Source: the human T2T-CHM13v2.0 reference genome, Homo sapiens
Length of the DNA stretch: 64,000 bases
Assembly (NCBI RefSeq): GCF_009914755.1
Contig: NC_060931.1
Reading direction: 5' to 3' (one strand)
In this document: one piece after another, positions 50,265 to 62,997 of the stretch
Layout: the number at the start of each line of letters is the position of its first letter
Numbering within the stretch: position 1 is the first letter of the stretch
The notes under the pieces: generated by a model
Databases searched by the model: none
The model's input: the letters and a program-made list of their open reading frames with translations, nothing else
Told to the model about the DNA's origin: nothing
Translations under genes and position numbers: made by a program

Positions 50265-50930
50265 CACCACACACCCACCCCTACATATATATACACCACA
50301 CACCCACCCCTATATAGATACAGGCCACACACCCACCCCTACATATATACACAGCCACACGTCCACCCCTACGTATATACACACACACATACCCACTTCT
50401 ACATAGATGCACACCACACACTCCCCTATATAGATACATACCACACACCCACCCCTACATATATACACACCACACGCCCACCCCTACATATATACACACC
50501 CACACGCCCACCCCTATGTATATACACACCACACAGCCACACCTACATATATACACACCACACACCCACCCCTGCACAGATACACACCCACACACCCACC
50601 CCTACATATATACACACCACACACCCACCCCTGCACAGATACACACCCACACACCCACCCCTACATATATACACACCACACGCCCACCCCTATATAGATA
50701 CACACCCACACACTGACCCCAATATAGATACACACCACACTCCCACACCTACGTATATACACACCCACATGTGCACATCTACCTATACACACGCCCACAT
50801 GCCCACCCCTACATATATACACGCTCACACACCCACACCCACATATATACAAGCATCCCCTGGTCCACATTCCCCTACACCTGTGTCTATACATTTGCAC
50901 CCCAGGACTACACACATTTAGCTACACGTG
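50265..50930. repeat. CA-rich minisatellite, ~29-32-bp unit
   Basis: Unit CACACCCACCCCTACATATATACACACCA, about 20 degenerate copies; related tract at 46540-46637. Confidence 0.93.
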
Positions 50931-51460
50931 ACTAGGTAGAAGAAAGCAAATGTGCCATAATGTTAACTAGCAGTGAATTGGGGGGCAGGATATATGGATA
51001 ATCCTTGTACTATTTTTTAAATTTCCTGGAAATCTGAACATTTTGAAAATAAAAATGAGGTGAATAAGACACTGTCCAGATAAAAGTAAAACTCATTTGT
51101 AGGTTGCATTTCACCCACTGGCTACTTATAGTAAATTTTGGAACTGGAAGTTTCTTTAAATTCAGATTGAAGCTTTCTCTTTGAGTCTTTCAAGTTGCTG
51201 TAACTTTTTAAAAATGTATATTTGAAACTCAGTAGAGAAATAGTATTTGCTCTAACTTTCTGCTCTCTTTTTTGTTTTTGGAAGAAAAACTCTACTTTGA
51301 CAAAAATCTATATGAAAAAGAAATTGGTTTAATGACATCAGTAGAGAATCTAGGGGAGAGGCCAACACCTAATGAGAAAGCAGCCTCCTGTGTGGGGAAT
51401 TTGGGGTGAAACCTGGAGAAATGCTCCACTCTGCACAAACCAAGTTGAATTGTTTTCAGA

Positions 51461-51870
51461 AGCGTAAGGTTCTACGTAGCAAGAGGCTTTTCTCATATGC
51501 ACCTCACTTTCTCGGTTGGAGTGGCAGAAATACCTAAACGCAGAAGAATGTGCATGCAAGGGCTCGCGCTGGCATACAGTAGGGCTTGCTATTGACGATG
51601 AGCGCACCCACGGCTCCGGCAACTACAAGGCGGTGCTCACGGACAGCACGGCCCTCGGCGTGGATATCCGGAAGGCAGCCACCACCTTCTTCTGCGTTCT
51701 TGTTTTGCATTTTCCTTCATTTCTATCAACCGACTTTGCTGCTATAGCCGCTGCTTAGCAAAGCCGGTAAACATGAGGTTGTAATCGTTGAATACGGCAC
51801 TCTGGCAACCGAGACGCTGAAAGGCTGCCTTTTCCGGGATGAAGAAGGACTGTGTGGCGTTGAGATATCT
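51461..51870. other. CpG-undepleted, moderate-GC unique segment of unknown function
   Basis: 26 CpG in ~400 bp at ~53% GC; no recognised repeat. Confidence 0.6.
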
Positions 51871-52396
51871 AATTACATACAGGATGGTCACAGATCTTCC
51901 TGGCTGAAGATCTGCACAACTTTTCTGCTCAGACCACCACAGGACGTCTGACTTGAATGTGTTTCAAAGCTAACGTAAGTAACTTCTAGTCCTGGAGTGA
52001 CGTGCATTGTCCCATGAATTCCACCTGATTTCATTCCATTCACTGAATCCCCAGAAGGGCTGCCCAGTGAGTCCTCAATGACAGAACCTGGTGTCAGGTC
52101 GAGAGTGCCACGCTCACCCTTTGCAGAAACAGAGTTGCTCACGTAGAACTGGTCCATAACTGCTGGTCAAGCTGCCTCATCAGGATGGCCACGGTTGACT
52201 CTGGCTGGCTGGTTAGTGGCCCTGGGAAATCCGGAGTAGACAAGTACTAACGGTCAGAATTCCTGCGTCCCATACAATACGCTGTTCCATTGGGGAAAAT
52301 TACATTAAGAAGCTGTTTCTCTCTGGAAGTTTCAAGGTAGGCATCCTTGGTGAGGGGACTACATTACATTCTTATGAAAATAAAATAAACTTTGTG

Positions 52397-52574
52397 GTTT
52401 TTTTTCTTTCTTTTGAAACAGTCTCACTCTATTGCCCAGGCTGGAGTGCAGTGGCGCGATCTCTGATCACTGCAACCTCCGCCTCCTGGGTTCAAGGAGT
52501 TCGCATGCCTCAGCCTCCTGAGTAGCTGGGACTACAGGCGCACCACCACACCCAGCTAGTTTTTGTATTTTTAG
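52397..52574 (-). mobile_element. Alu right arm (5'-truncated)
   Basis: Ends in the linker TTTTTGTATTTTTAG. Confidence 0.93.
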
Positions 52575-53479
52575 TACAAAAACTAAAAGTCCAGGCCCTG
52601 CTTGGACTTCTAATTGTGGTAGAAAATGCCTGGCTGTGGTGTGACATGCTATCCATGTTTAACATCTGTAATCACAAGTCCTCTTTCCAAATCAGAATGT
52701 TAGAAGTTTAGGGAGTGTAGTCACCTTTGTTTTAATTAGGAACATGTTTAGAGGGCAGGAATTAGCTTGAATGAATAACGGGGTCCCCACTTGGCATGCG
52801 AAAGTCGGTATCTGCCTGAGACACAGCCACAGGTGGGAAATTACAGCCTTTATTGCGTGTTCCTCCACCATACCAACCTTTCTGCTTTGGAGGAAAACTA
52901 GATGTTAGCACAGAGCCACAGCTGGTGGCCTTGGCCTCTAGGAGGAGGGTTCCTGGCCTGAGTCACGTGTTGGGGATGACTTGCAATCAGGGCTCCCCTG
53001 ACAATGTTTGCACCCGCGCTTGCCACACTCGGCCAGGGAGCGGAGGACAGATGGCTCGGCCAGCCTCTCATTTACAGAAGTGGCTTCACAGAAGGCTTCG
53101 TTTTTCCCACTGCTCACCGCCCCAGCCCATGACACCAGGCAGGAGGGGAACTGCTCCTCCCAGGATGTGGGGGCTCTGGGTCCTCGCTGTCTGTCCTTCC
53201 ATGGGAAATTGGAGTCACGCCCTCGGAGGCCACGTCTGGACTGAAACCATTGTCCTTGGGTTTGGTCGGGGAGTTTCCACGGGGACCATGAAAGGGAGCA
53301 ACAGGGAAGACAAACGACAAGTCTGTTTGAAAGGGGACAGGCTACAAATCAATACTGGGAGGAGTGGGGGAAGAGGGGAGTTAAGGTTGGAGGCAGGAAT
53401 GAGGGAAAGATGGCGGAGGCTGTGGCCCTGCGAGTAGGACAGGAAGCCTTTAAAAAGAGATACCACTTTTTACACCTAA

Positions 53480-53980
53480 AAATATAAAGCTGTCAATTTT
53501 CATTAAGGATGAAGCAAATGAAATCTAGATGGTGCCAAATAATTAACGACTTTTAATAACCCTAATAAATTTGGATTTCATCAAATCCATGTTGCCGATC
53601 ATTGGCGATCGCTAGCAGGAATGGGGAGCTGGGAGGGGCCTCACACCTGTGTAAAACTGGACGCAGCTGACATCCCTCCCAGGTACATCAATTATCATTA
53701 AAGAGTAATAAGAATGCCAAGATGGACTGCTTTAGCACTTCAGTATGGAGGCCCTTACATTTAAAATTAAATCCATTAATTGTAACTACTCTACTTTTGT
53801 GATCCCGCAGGTAGTGCACAAACTAATTCATTGCTTTGGCAATCACGCAGGTCTTTGTTCATTAAGGATCTTGATTTATTTCTCATAGGGAAGTCCGCAC
53901 GTGTGTGCCCAAAATCACACTGATAAAGGGTCATTCGATCATTTTGTTCCAGACAGTTAGAAACTGACTGTGAAATATGT
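53480..53980. promoter_or_regulatory. Candidate enhancer / conserved non-coding-like island
   Basis: Many TAAT/ATTA, three TGCCAA/TTGGCA, TGATTTAT, TTCATTAAGGAT twice. Confidence 0.55.
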
Positions 53981-54759
53981 CTCTGGAATCTGGACCAGGG
54001 TTGACTTGCGGAAGGTGTGGAAATGGGCGACAGGGGCCCCCAGTGCTCCAGGCAGCTAGGCTCCTGGAAGCCCTAGGAAGAGGCAGGGCTTCCTCTCACC
54101 TGTGTTGCACAAATTTATTTTAAAATAAAAGTTTCTTAATGGCGCTTGGCATGTTCTCTGACTGTTCCAGGTGGCAGCCACTTTGATTCATCAGATTCCA
54201 TGCTGCCAGGGGCTGGAGGGAGAGAGGAGGACTTGGCCTCATAGGCCTGCAGGGCCCTGGCTGGAGGAGGAAGAGGGATTTGAATAACAGCCCCCCGGGC
54301 TGCGCTAGCCCAGGGGCACCTGGGGCAGCCTCGAGGCGGCTGGACTCAGCACGCAGGCCCCCGGGCTCTTGTGTGGCCGTAGGGACTTGCCCAGGGAGTC
54401 AGCCTGGCTGACCAGCCCTGCCTCACCCTCCCCCAGGACCCCAAGGTCAGGGGCGCCTGGCCTGGGCCCTGGACGTCATTCTGAGGACTCAGTGCCAGCC
54501 TTGCAGCTAGCAGGGGCAAGACCAGCCAACTGCGTTTTGGGGACACGGTGGCCCTGAGAACAGCATCTCAGGGGACGCAGGCTGAGACAGGACAGGAGCT
54601 GTGCAGGGTGGGACACCGCAGGTAAGGGCAGGGACTGCCAGGATGAGCTGCCTTGCGGCTGACACCGTGACTTTCGGGTGGCACAGAAGCTGTAGGCATC
54701 AGCGGAGAGCAGCGCAAAGTGGACAGCAGAGATTTGCACAGCTGGACAGGGCAGCTCCG

Positions 54760-54995
54760 TCACCCGTGACCATGAGAGTGAGCCACCTGCTCGTTGCGGT
54801 GGGCTGTGCCGCCCCATGATTTTGCCAACTGTGGGCTCATGCGAGTGTTCTGAGGTGAGTGTGGTTAAGGTAGGCAAGGCTAAACATGGTGTTCCATAGG
54901 GTGGCTGTGTTAAATGCAGTTTCGACTTTCCATATTTTCAACCTACCAGGGGCTTACTGAGACATAACCTCGTCCCTAGTTGGGGAGCATCTGTA
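54760..54995. mobile_element. Tigger5/MER47-type DNA transposon
   Basis: TTAAGGTAGGCAAGGCTAA..TTAAATGCAGTTTCGACTT..ATATTTTCAAC..GGAGCATCTGTA terminus. Confidence 0.75.
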
Positions 54996-55187
54996 GTTAC
55001 CATCTCTTGTCCGGGGTTATAGGCACCCTAAGGAAGCTTCCCTAAATGGTATATGAGCTGACAATACTCAGCCATAGCTCCTGCATCCCCTCAAAACCGT
55101 GCTCTTTTTTTTCTTTCTATATCTTTATTTTATTATTTCATCCACTCGAGCACATATATGATCTTTCTTCAATCTGACAGTCTCTCA

Positions 55188-55532
<345 letters not shown>

Positions 55533-55541
55533 AGATACGCT

Positions 55542-55997
55542 TGTGGTAGGCAGAAAATTCCCACCAAGGATGCCACACCCTAATCCCTGCAACCTGGGAC
55601 TACGTTACCTTACAGCAGAAGGGACCTTGCGGATGTCATGAAGTCAAGGATTTTGCCAGGTGAGACGATCCTGGGTTACGTGATGGACCCCATGTCATCC
55701 CAGGGTGCCTATGATGGGAAGCCAGGAGGGTCAGTCAGGGAAGGGAATTGAGGACAGAGCAGTGGTTGGCATGAAGTGATTGCTGGAATGGGTCACGAGC
55801 CAGGGAATGCCAGACAGGGCTAGAACAGAGCCTCCCCCAGCGTCTGCAGAAGGACCCCGCCCTGTGACGCCTTGGTTTCAGCCCAGGGAGACTCATGAGG
55901 ACTTCTGACCCCCAGAACTGTAGGGCAACACATTCATGTTGTTTTAAGCAATTGAATGTGTGGTCACATATTACCGCAGCCCCAGGGAATTCACCCA
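55542..55997 (+). mobile_element. MaLR solo LTR (MLT1D-like)
   Basis: TGTGGTAGGCAGAA start, GGACTTCTGACCCCCAGAACTGT, TGTTGTTTTAAGC. Confidence 0.85.
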
Positions 55998-56084
55998 GTA
56001 GAGGCTCACCTCTCGCCATTGAACCTGCAGCTCCCCTCTCTCCACAAGAGCAAAGCGCAACAGAACCCAGAAGATTGGCCCAAA

Positions 56085-56750
56085 GGGAAAAAGAAAGGCA
56101 AAATGAATATAAGCAGAGAGTTTATTTGGCCCAAGTTTGAGGACTGCAGCCCAGGAACATAGATACAAGTTGCCTCCAATGTGGACTCCGATTAGCAGCA
56201 GTTACAAGTGAGTTGTAAAAAGAAGCAAAAGCTGGAAGGAAAGAAAGGGAAACAAAGGGAAAGAAGAGGGATGGTCTGTGTGGTGGCTCACACTCGTAAT
56301 GCAGCACTTTGGGAGGCCAAGGTGGCAGGACTGCTTGAGGCCAGGAGTTTGAGACCAGCCTGGGCTACCTTAGAGATAATGAGACCCCCATCTCCACAAA
56401 AAATAATTGTAAAAAATTAGCCAGGCATGGTGGTACCTGTCTGTGTACCAGCTACTCAGGAGGCTGAGGTGGGAGGATTGCTTGAGCCCAGGAGGCTAAG
56501 GCTGCAGTGAGCTATGATTGTGCCACTGCACTTCAGCACCCTGGGTTACAGAGCAAGACCCCTTCTCTATACGAGAAAAAAGAGAGTTCCTAAGTTGTTT
56601 ACCAGTAAGTTACATTAAAGTAACATATGCTATCGATTGGCTACATATTGTTCTTTGTATCACAAATTCCAGGAACATGAAGACAATGGGTGAGGTTGCC
56701 GATCAGTATCAAAATACCTTTCAACAGTTGCCCCCAGATGTGGGTCCCTG
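56085..56750 (-). mobile_element. ERV1-class LTR (subfamily uncertain), split by an Alu
   Basis: GAGAGTTTATTTGGCCCAAGTTTGAGGACTGC (reverse AATAAA), CGATTGGCT (reverse CCAAT). Confidence 0.6.
56272..56580 (+). mobile_element. Alu (AluJ)
   Basis: Full dimer. Confidence 0.93.
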
Positions 56751-57487
56751 ACTGCTCTAAGCTACTTTTCTTTTCCACTCAGCTATTTTCAGCCCCGTAA
56801 GTGGATGCCCCACCAGTCCTCTAAGAGGGGATGAGTGAAACTGCCTCTGCAAGATCTTCTGACAGAGAGAGAAGCCTGGCATGGCTGACCCCATCTTACC
56901 TCTGTCCTCACCGGCGGGCTGTCCTCATTGGCTCCTGGGTGTAGGCCATGCTAACCATGGGGGGGAGTTAGTTAATTGTTTAAGTTGAAAGCAAGGATGA
57001 TATAATAGTCCCTCCCTGACATTGCTCCCCTCCTTGTGTGGGACTGAAACTGCCTTTGTGAGACTAATGAAAGGCCACGAGATTCAGATGCTAGGAGGAG
57101 CCTGGGGTTGTGCCAACATGCAGGTACAGCTAAACATCAACCAGCCATCGTTCCCCAGCTTGTTTTCTGTAATTTCTTAACACTCAGGAGTCACGTGGCC
57201 AGAGGTCACAAGATTTGTGGCTTCCTCAATTGCTCCTAGAGATGACATGACTCTCCTAAGACCTAAGGTTGGTCTTTTGAGATGTTTTTCAGACTTTTGC
57301 ATTCTGGCAACCAACGGACCCCACCCAGACCTGTGACTCATAACTCAACTGTGGCCCCACCAAGAGGTGGGCTCAGTGCTGAAGGACCATCTTTCACACT
57401 TCCATTACTTCATCCCCAACCAATCAGCAGCACTCATTCCCTAGCCCCTCTGCCCACCTAATGGCCCATAAAAATCCTAGTCTCTGT

Positions 57488-57593
57488 GGCCAGGCGCATG
57501 TCTATAATCTCAGCACTTTGGAAGGCTGAGGTGGGAGGATTGCTTGAGCCCAGGAGTTTGAGACCAGCCCAGGTAACATAGCAAGCCCATATC

Positions 57594-57627
<34 letters not shown>

Positions 57628-57795
57628 AAAAAACTGGGCGTGGTGGCATGCACCTGTAGTCTCAGCTATACTCAAGAGGCTGAGACAGGAGGATTTCTTG
57701 AGCCTGGGAGGTCAAGTCTGCAGTGAGCCATGGTTGTACCATTGTACTTCAACCTGGGCAACAGAGTAAAACCTATCTCAAAAAAAAAAAAAATT
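57488..57795 (+). mobile_element. Alu (AluJ)
   Basis: Dimer with expanded A-rich linker. Confidence 0.93.
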
Positions 57796-57803
57796 TAAAA
57801 ACA

Positions 57804-58166
<363 letters not shown>

Positions 58167-58178
58167 TTACTGCAGTAA

Positions 58179-58679
<501 letters not shown>

Positions 58680-58984
58680 TTGTGGTTTGTTAAGTAAAAA
58701 TTATTAGAGGCCATTGCTCTAGACTAAGCTCCTGCACTAGATCATGACATACCTGACTAAAAACCAACATGGAGTCACTCACACTAAAGTTCCAAGTCAC
58801 CCAACAGAAACTGAGTTGCTATCTGGCCTTCTAAGAAATCACGAGAGAATGACACCAAATTTCCCAAACTGGCAGCTTCAGTGGGCCTGATAATGAATCA
58901 AATGTCGCCTGAAGAAACCTGAAACTCACCAGCTGGCTATTTTTCTGTTTCCCTGTTCCCACCATACAAGGAAAGTAACTTTGA

Positions 58985-59160
<176 letters not shown>

Positions 59161-59218
59161 GACCAATCTGATTTTTTGTTCTTTGTTTCTGCTTTCTTCA
59201 GCCCTTTTCTGTCTTTAA

Positions 59219-59568
<350 letters not shown>

Positions 59569-61099
59569 TGAAAGAAGTGTTGCCAGATCCTAGAATTGCA
59601 AATAAAGCAATAGTTTAGATCTTCAAACTAAATCTGTTGTAACTTTGTCTTTTCACAGGTTTATTCAATTATGACCCTAAGACTGTCTGGAGCAACAAAC
59701 AAGTGAATCTGAGATTGTCTAGTACGTTAATAACCGATCGCTTAATCCAAACGATCGCACTGTGGGTGGGTGTCCTCCGTTTGGCTTTCGACATTCTAGA
59801 CTTTTTATTATTTTCATTTGAATCTACCTTTACAACGTACTCAATATCCTCAGCCACATCATCCAATGCTGGTACTTTCTTTTAAGTCTAAGAGAATGAA
59901 AATTTAATCTTGAAAATTATTTCAGCCTGTCTTAAGACCCCGACTTTGCTCTGAGGGTCCCCCAGGTTTCACCAGCTGTGGGCCAGGGTGCTGCCAGGTG
60001 CAGTGTTTGCTATGGCGATTGCACAGGGCAACTGTCACCTGGGGCTTGGTTTATGGGCTGCCACATGAGGCTCGTTCTGAGCAGGAAAGCACCACCCGTA
60101 GCCTGCTGTTCTACGCCTGCTCAGGACGATGTGAAAAGCATCGCAAAGATGTGCAGCCTCTGTGGCAAAATGCTATTCCCATTGCTATAAGGTGGGTCCG
60201 AACAAACCCCCCGCAGCGTGGGAGAGGCAGTGGGGTGGAACTTGCTAGGGCAACAGCAGCCCCACGGCCTGGAAGGGGATGGCAGCAGGGTGCGCAGGAG
60301 GGCAGCGAGCCGGCCATTTCCAGAGCGAAAAACGACGTGCGGTGGTTGTTTTGGTTTATGAATTTCCTCTCCAGGAGCAGGGAACCCTGGTGGGGCCTCT
60401 GGCCAGGCCTGCGAACAGCGCTGGTTCCTCTGAAGATTAGGTTGTCTGGATTTCATTTCATCTTACAGGCTGAGTATATTTTATGGGTTTTCGTGAAAGG
60501 CGTGATTTATGCTTTGAGACTCCTGGAAAAGCCCTGGCTTTTAAAAATAATCTCTGAAAATGAATTTCTCCTGGGGGTCAGTGACATTGTCTTGTGGCCC
60601 AGGAGGGCTCAGTCCTCGTCAGCATCAGAGTTTAGGTGTTTCCCTCTCCTTTCAAAATTCGCTTCTTCTTTCAAAATTTGTTTTAAAAATATCAGCTATG
60701 TGAAATATGTCCGTCTACTTATCTTTTCCATGTTTGTGCCCCTCCCCTGGCACTTATCTGCGCTCTTCCTCCACAGCAGGCCAGTTGTAGCCATTTGTTG
60801 ATTGAATTTGCAGGGAGTGCACAAACGTCGCTCAGGTGGAAGCAGGGGCAGGGCTGTGCTTTGGCACGGAGGGCCTCGGGCTTTTACGAGACCCCTACTG
60901 CTGGCCCCCCCATGCGCCATCACACGCTCCGTAATCAGGACTTCTGAGGACGCATTGGGAGGGGTTGGGCTGTGGCTTCACTCTGTTCTGCTTCACATTG
61001 AAATGACCCTTTTCCCGGCAATTGCCTGAAAAGATTAAAGGTCAATTCGCTGCAGCTCAGTGGGTGTCAACCCAGCCCCTGGCCAGCCCGTCTGGGAAG

Positions 61100-61428
61100 G
61101 GAAGACAAAATCAGTGAGGGGACTGGGCACAGTGGCTCACACCTGTAATCCCAGCACTTTGGGAGGCCGAGGCAGGTAGATCACCTGAGGTCAGGAGTTC
61201 GAGACCAGCCTGGCCAACATGGAGAAACCCCGTCTCTACTGAAAATACAAACACTAACTGGGCGTGGTAGTGCGTGCCTGTAATCTCAGCTACTTGGGAG
61301 GCTGGGGCAGGAGAATGGCTTGCACCGGGAGGAGGAGGTTGCAGTGAGCCGAGATTGTGCCACTGCACTCCAGCCTGGGCGACAAAGCAAGACTCCATCT
61401 CAAATTAAAAAAAAAGAAAAGAAAAGAA
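61100..61428 (+). mobile_element. Alu (AluSq/Sp-like)
   Basis: TSD AAA(A/C)TCAGTGAGGG. Confidence 0.96.
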
Positions 61429-61713
61429 ACTCAGTGAGGGAATAAGAAAGGAGGAGGGCAGGTGGAAGAGTCCTATGATCTCCAGGGACAGGCGGTGGCA
61501 GGTGGCAGGTGGCAGGCAGCAGGTGCTAGGAGGCGGCCGTGTGCCCCTCCCTGGTCCTAAGGGGGAATTGAAGTGAGGGCAGGAAGGAAGGGCTGGGCAC
61601 TGTGATGAGGCTCCTGATGGGGAGGGGCAGGCACAGTGGCCACCAATCTGCTCTGCAGCTTCCTGTCTTCTATCGCTCTCCAGGCTCCCTTCAAATCCCT
61701 TGTGTTTAAAAGT

Positions 61714-62013
61714 TTATTATTTTATTATAATTTTAAGACAGGGTCTCCCTCTGTCTCCCAGGCTGGAGTGCAATGACACAATCATAGCTCACTCCAGCCT
61801 CGACCTCCTGGGCTCAAATGATTGTCCCACCTCAGCCTCCTGCATGGGACCACTGGCTCACACCACCACACCAGACTAATTATTGTATTTTTAGTAGAGA
61901 CAGGGTTTTGCCATGTTGCCCAGGCTGGTCTCCAGCTCCTGGGCACAAGTGATCTACCTGCGTCAGTCTCTCAAAGCGGTGGGATTACAGGCATGAGCCA
62001 CCTCGCCTGACCT
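61714..62013 (-). mobile_element. Alu (AluJ)
   Basis: Full dimer; TSD AAAAGTTT. Confidence 0.94.
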
Positions 62014-62142
62014 AAAAAAGTTTTAAATTTATTTTTATTTTTAATTATGGTAAAATAAACGTAACATAAAATTGACCATTTGAACATTTTTAAGTGTCCT
62101 TTTCGGTGGCATCAAGCACATTCGCATTTTGTGCCACCATGA

Positions 62143-62890
<748 letters not shown>

Positions 62891-62997
62891 TTTTTTCTTT
62901 TTTAACTATACATCACCGTCCTGGGAGAATTTTACATGTTTCACATAAGTAGAATTAGACAGTATTGGTCCTTTTGTGTCTTGACAGTGAGCATAAT

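Noticed and set aside
51537-51698. Retron msr-msd-like layout (12-bp inverted repeats around ~140 nt)
   Set aside because: No adjacent reverse transcriptase, no long msd hairpin, eukaryotic context; one such inverted repeat is expected by chance
51350-51900. Bacterial-style mini-operon (AAGGA and GAGGT upstream of minus-strand ATGs)
   Set aside because: Shine-Dalgarno spacing is too short (2-4 nt), there is no promoter, terminator or homology, and the second ORF runs into ordinary primate-like DNA; kept only as a short-ORF finding
51975-52258. Fungal-style intron GTAAGT...TACTAAC...CAG
   Set aside because: No polypyrimidine tract, branchpoint too close to AG for mammalian splicing, spliced ORF only ~22 aa; TACTAAC is expected by chance
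59998-60801. 267-aa ORF, the longest in the window
   Set aside because: GTG start, no domain, heterogeneous composition, no exon structure; PhyloCSF or Ribo-seq would be needed to revive it
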